A DNA stretch of 64,000 nucleotides from an uncultured bacterium (GTDB lineage Bacteria; Babelota; Babeliae; Babelales; Babelaceae). This document shows, one piece after another, positions 19,816-30,782 of this stretch. Both the position numbers and the translations under genes were made by a program. Position 1 is the stretch's first letter. Every line of letters begins with the position of its first letter. Below the pieces are notes generated by a model that had not been told where the DNA came from, ran no database searches, and was given only the letters and a program-made list of their open reading frames with translations. The stretch is from contig CAVRKK010000002.1 of assembly GCA_963722385.1 (NCBI GenBank), positions 1,120,001 to 1,184,000 of the forward strand, written 5' to 3'.

Positions 19816-20871
19816 TTGATGGTAGACATGCTATTACCGGAGTGGGAACCGGCGGTCATGCATCTTCTTAAGAGGGGTAATTTTAGCGAAAATGAGCTTT
19901 TGGAAGCATTTCTCCTTATGGTTGGCCTCGATAAACGCTCGCTTATTACATTTGTATTACAAAACGAAATTAATCATTTTGCGCCTGTAATTATTATAAG
20001 AGCTTTGGAAGTAGCTGCAGCAACGGGTAATTTGGAGGTGTTTGAGCAACTATTCAATGCATATTGGTGGCCAGCCTTGGAACCAGAAGCTTATAAAGTT
20101 TTTGCGAAAGGTTTAGAACAGGCGTTATATTGGGCAATGCTCAGCAAGGACCATAGGATAGTAAATTTTATTATGTTGAATAGCCTAACGAATAAGCTTG
20201 TTTGTTGGGGGTCGTTTAATAGGGTTTTGCAGGGGGCAGCAATTGCTGGTGATGTTGAAACGTTTAAGGTATTTTATGGCGTGCTAGAAACACGGTTAAG
20301 CTCTGATATGCCCGCGGTAATGTCTATGTTAGAAAATGCGCTTTATTGGGCGATTCAAGCGAGCAATATCGACGTAGCATATTTTATTATACAAGTTGCT
20401 CACAGGGTGCCGATCTTGTTAAAAAGAGTGCTCAAGGTAGCAGCTTTTGAGCAGAATATCATGCTTTTTAAGCAACTATACGAGCTTGCTTTACATCGAG
20501 CGCGTACTGAAAACAATTATGAATCCGAATTTTTATCGATATTAGAAGATGTTTTATATGACGCAGCGATGAGATTAAATAGCGATATTATTAATTTTGT
20601 AATCGAGCATAGTTTTTACCATGGTGAAGCTATAAATCTTTCGCTTGTACGAGTGACTGAGCTCATTACCCGCAGGGTAAATGAAAGTGTGGGATCGGCA
20701 GAAGGATGGTTGTGTGGACAAATACTTGCGCGTCTTGCTGATGCAGCGAGCCAACAAGACGCTGCTTATAGGTCTTATCGCATGCAGCAGCATATGGTAG
20801 CATCGGCCGAAGCACAAGCCTTGTTAATGGGAGCTTTCTTTTATACTTATGGGAGCACGGTACGTAAGTAA
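19816..20871 (+). CDS. Degenerate ankyrin-like helical repeat protein, probably 5'-truncated
   Basis: Repeats ALEVAAATGNLEVF / LEQALYWA / LENALYWA; resembles C-terminal halves of 773, 1820 and 6056 proteins; non-ATG start, no signal peptide. Confidence 0.6.
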   Translation: MMVDMLLPEWEPAVMHLLKRGNFSENELLEAFLLMVGLDKRSLITFVLQNEINHFAPVIIIRALEVAAATGNLEVFEQLFNAYWWPALEPEAYKVFAKGLEQALYWAMLSKDHRIVNFIMLNSLTNKLVCWGSFNRVLQGAAIAGDVETFKVFYGVLETRLSSDMPAVMSMLENALYWAIQASNIDVAYFIIQVAHRVPILLKRVLKVAAFEQNIMLFKQLYELALHRARTENNYESEFLSILEDVLYDAAMRLNSDIINFVIEHSFYHGEAINLSLVRVTELITRRVNESVGSAEGWLCGQILARLADAASQQDAAYRSYRMQQHMVASAEAQALLMGAFFYTYGSTVRK

Positions 20872-20961
20872 TAGCGCTGCAACTTTGCTTTGTTGTTCAA
20901 TTGCTCGTTTCTTTTCTTCTTTGTCGAACTCGCGTAAGTAGGAGCAGTACATCTTACTGTT

Positions 20962-22305
20962 TTAGAAAAGGGAAAGTAGTTCGTAGACGTTTTGAAATGT
21001 GCGAATAGTACATGAAGTATGTTCGATTTTCTGATTTTTGGCAACGAAGATTTGCTCTATGCCAAATTTTTCAGCTTCGTTAATGTGAAGGTTGATAGCA
21101 TTTATCGGCTTGACATGGCCAATGAGGCTTATTTCGCCTAGTGCCAGTGTTTTACGTGGGAGTGGTTGCTGAAAAAAGCTTGAAAGCAGGGCGAGGACGA
21201 TGGCAAGGTCTGCTGAGCTTTCTCGAAGTTTGAAGCCGCCGCTAATTTTGAAGAATATATCGTGGGCACTCATCTTGATTTGTAAGTGTTTTTCCACAAT
21301 GGCCGCCAGAAGGGTAATCTGGGTAGCATCCATGCCCGAGATGACTCGTTGGGGCATGCCATATTTTGAAGCGATCACGAGAGCTTGCAGCTCAAGCAAA
21401 AGTGGCCGGGTTCCTTCCAGTGAGCTTGTTAGCACTGACCCGGGGCTATCTGATATTTCTTCCAAGAGTTGCTGATTAATGTTGGGTACTTCGCGTAAGC
21501 CATCCTCGCGCATCTCAAAAAAGCCGAGCTCGTTGACGGTTCCAAATCTATTTTTTACCGAGCGCAGGACGCGTGTTTGCCAGCGGTCTTCGCCTTGGAG
21601 GTAAAAGACCGCATCAACCATGTGCTCGAGCGTCTTTGGTCCCGCCATGAGGCCTTCTTTTGTGATATGGCCACTCAGCAGCACGGCAATCGTTTTTTCT
21701 TTAGCAAGGCGCATGAGCTTAAAAGCGGCCTCTTTCAGCTGGCCAATGCTCCCCGGAAGTGTCTGGGCTTGCGACAGATAGCAATTCTGAATTGAATCAA
21801 TGATAACGAGGTCAGGTTTTTGTTGTTCGGCAGTCGCAATAATGTCTTCTAAATGAGCGTTATCAGAAAATAATAAGGGGCTCTGAAGGCAGCCGAGGCG
21901 GCGTGCTCGCACTTTGACTTGTTCTAAAGATTCTTCCGTGGAGAAATAGAGGAGCTTGTATTGTTGTGCAAGTTCATGAGCTATACGAAGTAATAGGGTC
22001 GATTTGCCGATTCCGGGGTCCCCGGTTAATATAGTAAATGAGCCCGGCAAGATACCGCCGCCGGTAATGCGATCCCATTCCTTAATGCCAGAGGTCATGC
22101 GGATTAGGTTTTGCTCGGCTAAGTGAGCGAGTTGTGTCAGTTCGAGCACGCGGGCATGCGATTTCGGTGCTGGCGTTCGTTCCTGGTTTTCAGCGAATGT
22201 ATTCCACTCTTTGCAGGTAGGGCAACAGCCGAGCCATTTAATGGCAGTATAACCGCATGATACGCATAAAAATGACTGTTTGTTTTTGTGGTGTGCTTTG
22301 AGCAT
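20962..22305 (-). CDS. radA: DNA repair protein RadA/Sms
   Basis: C4 zinc finger, GDPGIGKSTLL, IDSIQ, AGPK.LEHMVD, KNRFG. Confidence 0.97.
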   Translation of the reverse strand: MLKAHHKNKQSFLCVSCGYTAIKWLGCCPTCKEWNTFAENQERTPAPKSHARVLELTQLAHLAEQNLIRMTSGIKEWDRITGGGILPGSFTILTGDPGIGKSTLLLRIAHELAQQYKLLYFSTEESLEQVKVRARRLGCLQSPLLFSDNAHLEDIIATAEQQKPDLVIIDSIQNCYLSQAQTLPGSIGQLKEAAFKLMRLAKEKTIAVLLSGHITKEGLMAGPKTLEHMVDAVFYLQGEDRWQTRVLRSVKNRFGTVNELGFFEMREDGLREVPNINQQLLEEISDSPGSVLTSSLEGTRPLLLELQALVIASKYGMPQRVISGMDATQITLLAAIVEKHLQIKMSAHDIFFKISGGFKLRESSADLAIVLALLSSFFQQPLPRKTLALGEISLIGHVKPINAINLHINEAEKFGIEQIFVAKNQKIEHTSCTIRTFQNVYELLSLF

Positions 22306-22536
22306 GCTTCTACCAATAAATTATGCTATCTTACTATAGCATAATGCTGCATAACTTCAATGAAGCGACTGTGCGCGAAAAATCTTCACGAGACCCACTT
22401 AAGAAAACCTTTAAAAAAGCCCCCAAAAGAAAATCAACACGCCAACAAAGAAATAATAACCAGATGTTATTAAAGACTTCTTTAATAACAGGTAATACTA
22501 ATAAGGAACGGGTTCCCTATAAATATATGCAATGTA

Positions 22537-25500
22537 TTACAAATCTTCCGCCGGTCCAAAATTAACACTGCCGAGGGTAGCTCGCTGCTTATGTAGATAT
22601 TTGTACCATATAAAAGCCGCCAATCCAGCAATGGTGAGGAGAGCAGCGCCTCCAAAAACGCCTCCTATTAAAGTCGTTGGAAGGATAATGTTTAAATTAT
22701 TGCTGCTAAATCCATCACCTCCATTAGATCCACCATCACCACCATAATTATTGCCTCCCCCAACAAGCACCGCAACTGATACGTCATTTGAAAAAGCATT
22801 GGCAGTAGCAAGATGTGAACCACTTGGTGCAAAAGTTATAGCAACGCAATGTGTTGAATTGGAAGGTAAATTATAAGATATACTGGCGTTAAATGTACCT
22901 CCATTTACGGTAAAGACCGTAAAACTGTTGGAGTCGCTGTTGGCAGTCGCAATAAACTCACCATTTGGTGAAGAAGCAATTGACTGAGGAGTGAGAGCAC
23001 CTGGAGGTAACAGGTACGATTGCCCACCGCTCAAGGTGCCTGCTTGAAAATTGAATGTCGTCACATCGTTAGAGCCACTATTGGCGCTCACAAGAAGTAA
23101 CGTGCTATTGCCGTTAACGGGCAAAAATAAGAGAGACCGTGGCCCATTCGACCCTACTGGTAATGCAGTTGAAGGGGCAAAACTTAAAGATCCAGTTATA
23201 AACTGAGCAACTGCGATGTCATTTGAACCGTAGTCCGCTATAGCAAGATAAGCACCATCAGGTGTAAACGCTAATGCCGCCGGTTCAACAGATCCTGAAG
23301 GCAAAGGATAGGCAAGGCCGCCGCTGAGACTCCCAGCAACTACGTTAAACACAACAACGTCATTTGAGCCACGATTTGCCACAGCCAAATAAAGATCATT
23401 AGGCGAGAACGCTACCGCTGCAGGACTAGATGAGCCAAGGGGTAATGAGTAGGAGATAGGCCCCGTTAATTGTCCGCCTGTCAGTTGAAATATCGTCACA
23501 TCATCTGAGTTATCATTGCCTGTAGCAACATAAGGGCTGTGAGCAGAGAAGGCTATTGAAGTCGGATGCGAAGACGTTACCAAATTGTAAGGCAATGGGA
23601 AAGATTTTTTGGTGCCTAACGTGAGCGTTGTTGCGCTACTTGCATTGACGTTAAAAAGTGCTACATCGCTCGAGCCATAGTTGGCTGTTGCAAGGTATAA
23701 GTGATCCGGTGAAAAAGCTATTGCGTTCGGTGCACGCGAACTAGTTGGCAATTGAGGTAATGGGTAAGAAATGCCCGCATTAAGCACTCCCCCTGTAACG
23801 GTAAATATGCTTATGCTTGATGAGCCGGTATTAGCCGTTGCAAGATAGGAGCTATTAGGTGAAAATGCTACCGATTCGGGAAAAATGGAACTCATCGGCA
23901 GTGGGTATAGCGTTCCGCCACTTAACACTCCGCCTGCAGCTGCGCTAAAGACTGCTACATTACCGGACAAGGCATTCGCTGTGGCCAAATATGAGCCATC
24001 TGGTGAAATTGCTACTGATTCAGGTTCCGTAGCACCAGAGGGTAAGGAATACGTTGTGCCCGCATTCAAAACTCCCCCTGAGAAGGTAAATGTGGTCACC
24101 GTAGCTGACTCGGCGCCCGCAAGAGCAATATAAGATCCATCTGGTGCGAAAGCCATTGAAAATGGTTGTGTAGCAGCAGCAGGTATTGGATAGAGAGTGC
24201 CACCACTCAATGCTCCTCCTGCTCCAACATTAAATATTACTATGTCAAATGCCGCGGCAACAGCAAGATATAAGCCATCTGGTGAAAATGCCAGAGCTTG
24301 AGGACCCACAGCAGTAACAGAATATGAGGTACCAGCGTTTAAGACCCCTCCTGAGCCCACAGTAAATACTGTTATGTCATTCGAAATAGCACTATTAGCA
24401 GTAACAAGATAAGAGCCATCTGGTGAAAATGCTAGTGCATTAGGCTGTATAGAACCGGTAGGCAAAGAATACGCGGCACTTCCCGTCAAAGTTCCGCTCG
24501 ATCCTACATTCCATATCGTTACGCTATTAGCATATTGATTGACCGCTGCAAGATATAAGCTATTAGGCGAAAATAGTGCTCTGCCGGGCCGTACGAAACT
24601 AGAGAATATTGAATATGAGGTACCACCTGTCAAAACGCCCCCCGCTTCGACATCAAACACGGTGAGATCATCCGAAGCATTAGCCGTAACAAGATATGAG
24701 CCATTTGGCGAAAATAGTACCAGCTGAGGAAAAGTAGATCCGGTAGACAAAGCATAAGATACTGCTCCACTGAGCACGCCGCCTAATACGCTAAAGATCG
24801 TTACATTTTTTGAAGTGTAATTAGCGGTAGCCAGATAGGCCCCATCTGCTGTAAATGCAACAGATGCTATACTAGTCGAACCGGCTGGCAAAGCATACGA
24901 TGTACCACCGCTCAAAGCTCCGCCAGCACCTACGCTAAATACGGTTACATCACTTGAGATGTTTCCAGTAACAAGAAATGAGCCGCTAGGCTCATAGGCC
25001 ACTGAGCGTGGAAAGCTTGAACCAGCAGGTAAAGCATATGAGGTACCTCCACTCAAAACACCTCCCGCCCCAACACTAAATATGGATACATCGCTAGAAT
25101 TATTATTAGCTAAGGCAAGATATGAACTATCTGGTGAAAATGCCACAGAGTATGGGAATGTTGAGCCGGCAGGAAGCACATACGAAGTACCGCTGTTTAG
25201 AATTCCTCCCGCTTCAACGGTAAATATGGTCACATTACTTGAAGCATAATTTGCCGTAGCAATGTATAAACCATTAGGTGAAAATGCTATAGATTGTGGA
25301 AAGACTGAACCTATGGGCAAAGAATATGAGGTTCCCTTGCTCAGCACACCCGTTTCTACAGCAAATATGGTCACGTCATCTGACCCATTAGCAATGGCAA
25401 GAAGTGAGCCATCTGGAGAAAAGGCCATCGCTTTAGGAAAATAAGAAGTAGAAGGTAAAGGGTACGTTGTACCCCCACTTAAGGTACCTCCCGATCCAAC

Positions 25501-25845
25501 AGCAAACACGGTCACGCTCGCTGCCTCAACAAAACCGTAATTAGCCGTCACAAGATATGAGCCATCTGGTGAAAAAGCGGCTCCATAAGGTGGTATGCGC
25601 CCTGCAGGGTCAAGATATGAGGTGCCTCGAGTTAGTATTCCTGCTGTACTATCAAATATTGACACGTCATATGCATTAGCAGTAGCAAGATATAAGCCAT
25701 TAGGCGCATAGGCTACCGAAGTAGGCCATTTGGAGACACCGGGCAAAGGATAGCTGACTTCGTTAAGAGCTTCAAGAGATAAGCTGACAACAAGCAAGAT
25801 GTTTAAAAATAAAATGTACTTTCTATTACTCTTTTTAGAAGCCAT
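22537..25845 (-). CDS. Large beta-propeller repeat surface protein with C-terminal TM helix
   Basis: Signal peptide; over 20 repeats of about 47 aa P.SVAFSP.G.YLATAN..S.DVTIF.V..GG.L..G.SY.LP; Gly/Ser linker, TM, basic tail. Confidence 0.9.
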   Translation of the reverse strand: MASKKSNRKYILFLNILLVVSLSLEALNEVSYPLPGVSKWPTSVAYAPNGLYLATANAYDVSIFDSTAGILTRGTSYLDPAGRIPPYGAAFSPDGSYLVTANYGFVEAASVTVFAVGSGGTLSGGTTYPLPSTSYFPKAMAFSPDGSLLAIANGSDDVTIFAVETGVLSKGTSYSLPIGSVFPQSIAFSPNGLYIATANYASSNVTIFTVEAGGILNSGTSYVLPAGSTFPYSVAFSPDSSYLALANNNSSDVSIFSVGAGGVLSGGTSYALPAGSSFPRSVAYEPSGSFLVTGNISSDVTVFSVGAGGALSGGTSYALPAGSTSIASVAFTADGAYLATANYTSKNVTIFSVLGGVLSGAVSYALSTGSTFPQLVLFSPNGSYLVTANASDDLTVFDVEAGGVLTGGTSYSIFSSFVRPGRALFSPNSLYLAAVNQYANSVTIWNVGSSGTLTGSAAYSLPTGSIQPNALAFSPDGSYLVTANSAISNDITVFTVGSGGVLNAGTSYSVTAVGPQALAFSPDGLYLAVAAAFDIVIFNVGAGGALSGGTLYPIPAAATQPFSMAFAPDGSYIALAGAESATVTTFTFSGGVLNAGTTYSLPSGATEPESVAISPDGSYLATANALSGNVAVFSAAAGGVLSGGTLYPLPMSSIFPESVAFSPNSSYLATANTGSSSISIFTVTGGVLNAGISYPLPQLPTSSRAPNAIAFSPDHLYLATANYGSSDVALFNVNASSATTLTLGTKKSFPLPYNLVTSSHPTSIAFSAHSPYVATGNDNSDDVTIFQLTGGQLTGPISYSLPLGSSSPAAVAFSPNDLYLAVANRGSNDVVVFNVVAGSLSGGLAYPLPSGSVEPAALAFTPDGAYLAIADYGSNDIAVAQFITGSLSFAPSTALPVGSNGPRSLLFLPVNGNSTLLLVSANSGSNDVTTFNFQAGTLSGGQSYLLPPGALTPQSIASSPNGEFIATANSDSNSFTVFTVNGGTFNASISYNLPSNSTHCVAITFAPSGSHLATANAFSNDVSVAVLVGGGNNYGGDGGSNGGDGFSSNNLNIILPTTLIGGVFGGAALLTIAGLAAFIWYKYLHKQRATLGSVNFGPAEDL

Positions 25846-25944
25846 AGCGCTCCTCCAGTAGATGCCAAAATTATGATGCTGCTTGAGTATAGCATAAATT
25901 TATGCTCCGTCCAGATATCTTAACAAACAAGAAGCCCTTGACCA

Positions 25945-26192
25945 TAGGGCCACCTCACTTAAATTTGTTTGAAAATCAGGTCCAAAGTGCTAGATTGCCA
26001 ACCGGCAATTTTTCGAAACTCATACGCTCAGAAACCAATGGGGCCGTTATTTTGAGCAGATTGAGAGCCAAGCGTTTGATGGCGGTTACGTTTTGAGTTG
26101 CATTGCCTTTGCGGATTCTTGACTGATCATCACTAAAGCAAACATCAAGAGTCCAATGCATAGAATTCTCATTTTTAAATGAGGTTGCCCTG
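25945..26192 (-). mobile_element. Internally deleted ISAs1-family element (MITE-like)
   Basis: ENSMHWTLDVCF.DDQSRIRKGNA transposase C-terminus; ends TAGGGCCACCTCACTTAAA / TTTAAATGAGGTTGCCCTG match the TIRs of the element at 57872-59119. Confidence 0.85.
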
Positions 26193-28251
26193 CTCTGCAC
26201 GTTCTTTTTTAAGGTTATAACCTATTTCTTGGAGCCAATCTTTATCAATATCCTGCCAAGCCAAAATAATTGGTTGACCCCTTTTGGATCTTAAATAATT
26301 ATAATTAAAAAGCGAATTCATTTGATCAGATTCATTGTTTGGAGATTTTTTAAGCTTGTTTAGGTAATATTTAGCGAAGTACAAAAGACGTTCTTGCTGA
26401 GTTAATGGGTCGGGATTTTCTTCGTCCCATTTTTTCTTGAGTTCTTTTTTCCATGTGTCGTATGCAGCATATGTTCGGAGTTTCTGCATAACATCAGAAT
26501 ATTTCTTAAGCGATTTTTCTTGCTTGTGTTCTCTATACAATTTTTCTATCGCGGCGCTTTCTGAACTGTTCCAAGCAGGAGTGAAGAGCGTGGCGTAGCT
26601 GGTTGCTTGCTCCCCTGATAAACAAACACCACGCTTTTCCCATTCTTCGAGCTCATGATTTACATTGTAGCCATGAGATGCAAGGAACCCTATCATGTAT
26701 ACCGCTCGTTCTACTTGAGAAGGGTGCAGATCAGCGGTACCTTGAGTAACAAGATAAGATTCACTTCCTTTATCAAGAGCGTAATGTTCTATGGTTGTTA
26801 AAATTGAACTTATGTTTTTTAATTTCAAAAGTGTTCTAAGGCCGAAAAGGTCTGCTCGTTGCTCCTTTGCCCGTCCCCACATTACGAGATTTTTTGATTG
26901 AGGATCTTCAGGGGGGACCCAAAGGATACTATATTGCTTGAGTACTTCTTGGGCTTCTGTACGTGATAAAGCTTCGGCCAGCTCTTTGCCAGCCTTAGTG
27001 TTATATAAAGAAGGTATGGTCGATAAGCCTAATGCAAAATAATTTTTTGTATTATCGAGGTCAGCTTTAAAATTTGGCTCATTAATAAGCTCTATCGGAT
27101 CTTGTTCCTTCGAGATGATTGATTTTGCCATTTCTGTATCATGATGAACAATATGCCCTAATTCATGATACAAAGTAAAAAGGCGGGTATCCAAATCGGG
27201 AGTTTGACACAGAGCAATATAGCCTCTTGAGCCAACCTGGGCAGCTTGTCCTCCCTTTTCGTGGCCATATCCTGCGGCTATTACGTGCTCCTTAAGCTTA
27301 AGCAGGCGAGCGCCTTCAAGCACGAGTTCTTTTTGCGCTTCGGTCGGTGGCTGCCAATCGTGCTTTTCGATAACCGAAAAAAATTCCATTTCTGGTAGAA
27401 TCTGACTCAGCCATAGAGTATCTATTTCATCGAGCGATTGGGCTAAGGGTAAGCTCAAAAGCTCTCTTAAAAAATTATACGGAAACAGCGCTCGATTAGG
27501 ATTAGACGCAAGATCGGGCTCGCTGATAGCACGGGTTGCTTCATCACCAAGGTCAGCTAATTTCTCGGGTAACAAAATGTCGGTGTCCCATTCTACTTGC
27601 TTTGTTTCTCTCCACATATCATAATCTTTTAGCTGTTGATTCTAGCCAGCTCTTGTCAATATTTTGCACAGCTGAGGCAAGCGGTAAATGAAGCATCTCT
27701 CTTAAATAATTATAGTTAAACAATGCGTCAATTTTGTCAGATTCGTCTTCAGTTTTCTTCGAACTCCTCTAAATAATAATGAGCGAAATGCAAAAGGGTT
27801 GCCTGTTGAGCGAGTGGTTTCTTGTCTCTTGCTTGCCAATCTTCATTCAATTCATCTTTCCAGATACGATAGTCTTCTTTCTGAAGCCAGTCTTCATCAA
27901 TATGTTGCCAAGACGAAGCGAGCGGTAAATGGAGCATCTCTCTTAAATAATTATAATTAAAAAGCGCTTCTTTTTGATCATAGGAGCTGTCTGGGTTTTC
28001 ACTGAGCTCACCTAAGTAGTAATAAACCGCTGAAAGAAGGTCAGCTTGGTGGATTAGGGGATCTAACTCAAGCTTTTTCGATTCAATTTCTTGTTTTTGT
28101 TTCCAGGCTCTATATTCTTTGTTTTCATCTAGCTCCTGCTGAGTTGGAGAGCTGTTGCCGGCATATACTGGTTATTTTCTTGTCCTTTAGTTTGTAGAAC
28201 AAAAAGTAGTATGGAAGAGCATAAAACTGCTAATTTTCTTCTATTCTTCAT
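26175..28251 (-). pseudogene. Frameshifted secreted repeat protein with M48-like zinc metallopeptidase domain (intact part 26175-27617)
   Basis: LYHELGH, EQRADLFG, HPS..ER; repeated LFNYNYLR...WQ.ID..WL module; signal peptide at 28251; three frameshifts upstream of 27617. Confidence 0.7.
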
Positions 28252-28409
28252 GGCGAAACCACTAATATTGCAAATAAGCTTATTTTTATTAACAATATCA
28301 CATGCTTGTGTAATTGTGCAATAAATTTATAGGCTTTGCCAAAATATCTTGGTCCCACAAGTGAACTCGTGGGCTTTCTCGCTTAATCATCGTAAGGCAA
28401 AACAATTTA

Positions 28410-28720
28410 TGATTGGTTTCAGAAAGCTTGTTAAATTGGACGTTTTTAGAGAAGCATGGAAGTTAAGCACTGACAGGTATGACAAAACTGCGGGCGGGTT
28501 TATCTTTAGGCCATCAAATAGCCACTAGTTGCCATAAAAAATCTCCACTAGGAGGAGATAAAATAGGGCAAGCCCCGTTGATAGGAAAAAACTTGGATCT
28601 AAAATGATGAGCTCCGCAGTATTTTTACTCGTTACGAAAGAAACTCTCATTGCCAAGCTTGCTTCAGTCAGACTTCCAGATCATTATTCTTAAAAAAATT
28701 AGTTTCCAGACAGGCTCTTA
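28410..28720 (+). mobile_element. Degraded IS5-family remnant
   Basis: Translated fragments SPLGGDKIGASPVDRKKLGSK and RYERN; end TTTCCAGACAGGCTCTTA. Confidence 0.55.
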
Positions 28721-28792
28721 TTCTAAAGAGAGAAAAACAACAGATTAAAAAAATCAATAGATTTTGTTGAGGGTAATATTGATCTAAGTCAA

Positions 28793-29104
28793 TTAATTTT
28801 TTCTATGGACTTGCGGATTATAAATTCCTTTTTCCACGATTTCAAGAAGCCGCAATGCAGATTGGCTCGGAGCTCGTTGACCTGATTCCCACGATTGCAC
28901 AGTCTTAATGCTAACGTTAAGAACCTTAGCAAAAAGCCCTTGCGAATATCGATTTTTTTCTCTTATTTTTTTTATTTCTTTAGCTTTATATTGAGCAGGT
29001 GGTTCTGGAATTTCTATAAATTCTGACCGAAGGTCCAACTTGCCTTGATCGTGTGCAATTGCTTCTTCGAATCCTAGTTTTAAAGCTTTAAATAACTTAC
29101 CCAT
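28793..29104 (-). CDS. HigA-like HTH antitoxin
   Basis: IKKIRE...SQ..FA..LNVS..TVQSWE.G.R.PS XRE HTH. Confidence 0.88.
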   Translation of the reverse strand: MGKLFKALKLGFEEAIAHDQGKLDLRSEFIEIPEPPAQYKAKEIKKIREKNRYSQGLFAKVLNVSIKTVQSWESGQRAPSQSALRLLEIVEKGIYNPQVHRKN

Positions 29105-29450
29105 ATGATGAACCCCTTTTAAAATAGTTTGCTAAGTCCCTAAGAACTTTCTTTTCTTCCTCTGTTATATTTTCTTGCTCATTTTTGCCAAATATGTAAA
29201 ATAGATATATTCGTTCTTTTGCCTGAAGGTAAAAATAACAAACTCTAAATCCTCCTCGCTTTCCTTTAGAAGCAGACTTTAATCGAACTTTCCGAACGCC
29301 GCTAGTGCCAGGAATTACATCACCAATTTCGGGGTTTTTGGCTAGTTCTTCCGTAAATTCATCATAATCTTCGTGCAAGAGCTGCCTCTTTTTTAGAAGA
29401 TCATCTCGAATTTTGCAAAAATAGGTGGTTGGCAAGATCTCTCTATTCAT
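29097..29450 (-). CDS. HigB-2/RelE-family toxin
   Basis: NPEIGDVIPGTSGVRKVR...KGKRGGFRV.YF, K.EQENIT. Confidence 0.9.
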   Translation of the reverse strand: MNREILPTTYFCKIRDDLLKKRQLLHEDYDEFTEELAKNPEIGDVIPGTSGVRKVRLKSASKGKRGGFRVCYFYLQAKERIYLFYIFGKNEQENITEEEKKVLRDLANYFKRGSSYG

Positions 29451-29486
29451 GCCATTACTATACTACAGAGTGGCATACATTGTCAA
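29449..29486 (-). promoter_or_regulatory. Sigma70-like promoter and inverted-repeat operator of the TA operon
   Basis: TTGACA-18 nt-TATAGT, 6 nt before ATG; ATGCCA..TGGCAT inverted repeat overlapping -10 and start. Confidence 0.6.
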
Positions 29487-29705
29487 TTGTCAATAACTCA
29501 ATGGAGATTAGTTAAGGTCTATTTTTATGAGATCAGTTAAACAAGATATTGTCAATTCGAAGAGCTGCCTAAAATGCTTCGAGCAGATTAAAGCTGATAT
29601 TCAGAAAGCCCAATTGAAAGCTGCCACAGCAGAAATCGAAGAAAGCCTTGCCAAAACAAGCCGAGCAAAATAATCGTCAAAAATAATTTTGTATAACACA
29701 TATAC

Positions 29706-30782
29706 TTAAATGAGCGAATGAATGAGCGTGCGATACTTATCGGCCGTCTGCTCAATGGTAAATGTGTTCATAACTGTTTCCCGCGCGTGTTTTTTTAGGT
29801 AATCGCGAAGGCTGCCTTCGCACAGCATCGTTACCATTGCGTGGGTAAGAGCTCCTCGGTCATCAGGGGGAATCACCAGGCCATTGTTTTTATGCGCAAC
29901 AACTTCGTGCTGATCGTGACTCGTAACGATGACCGGCAGCTCAAAAAAGAGCGCCTCTAAAAGGGCAAGAGAAATACCTTCATAGCGTGAAGGCTGAACG
30001 AAGCAATCAAATTGAGCGTAATAGGGCAGAGCCTTTTGTCCGGTAATAAACGTTACCTTGTCGGCAATCATAAGCGCTTGGGCACGTAGTCGAAGATACT
30101 GCTCTTGATGGCCATCACCAACAAGCATCAAGCGCACGTTGCTCTGTTGCTTGGCTAAGTCGGCAAAACTCTCAAGCAAGAGCGCATAGTTTTTTACCGG
30201 TACCAAGCGACCCACCGACCCAAAAATAAATTCCCCGTGCTTTTTGACACCCCTTTTGTCGTGTGCTATTAAAGCATGCGTATCGATACCATTATAGATC
30301 GTCGTTATGCGTGATGGACGTATGCGTCGGCGCTGTATCAGTGATTGCGCTACCTGATTACCAACGGCTACGTAGCGCGTTGGGCTGAATGGTACGCACC
30401 GCTCAATAAAAGTACGTAATGCTCCTTCATGCTCAACTAATGCGTGTACGGCGCTTATAACCGGAATTTTGGTGAAAAAGCATAAGGCGTAACCCAAGAT
30501 ATTAGCTGCCCATAACGAGGTGAAAATACAGCAAGGGTCGAGCTGCTTGATCTCTCTGAAAAGGCGATACAAGGCAAGGCCATCATAAGGGCAGAAAAGC
30601 CCGCCAATAGGATATGTTTTAATAGCTACTCTTTCTAGTTCTTGCCGCAGTGGGCCATCGTGGATGTAAAAGACGTGATGCTCAAATTCAACAAGGCTTT
30701 TGGTTAGGGCAACTAATAAGTTTTCAGCACCGCCGCGCTTTAGGCTTGATATAATATGAACAAGAGGCTTAGGCTTCATCAC
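29706..30782 (-). CDS. GT4-family glycosyltransferase
   Basis: GGAE, IYNGID, VGRL.PVKN, PS.YEG.SLALLEA. Confidence 0.92.
   Translation of the reverse strand: MMKPKPLVHIISSLKRGGAENLLVALTKSLVEFEHHVFYIHDGPLRQELERVAIKTYPIGGLFCPYDGLALYRLFREIKQLDPCCIFTSLWAANILGYALCFFTKIPVISAVHALVEHEGALRTFIERCVPFSPTRYVAVGNQVAQSLIQRRRIRPSRITTIYNGIDTHALIAHDKRGVKKHGEFIFGSVGRLVPVKNYALLLESFADLAKQQSNVRLMLVGDGHQEQYLRLRAQALMIADKVTFITGQKALPYYAQFDCFVQPSRYEGISLALLEALFFELPVIVTSHDQHEVVAHKNNGLVIPPDDRGALTHAMVTMLCEGSLRDYLKKHARETVMNTFTIEQTADKYRTLIHSLI

Noticed and set aside
28354..28385. Hairpin CCCAC..GTGGG followed by CTTTCTCGC, like an IS200/IS605 end; a similar weak motif lies near 54360
   Set aside because: Isolated, imperfect and without associated transposon sequence.
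29530..29640. Fragment LEQIKADIQKAQLKAA resembling a YhcG/DUF1016 N-terminus
   Set aside because: Too short to call; at most a small remnant.
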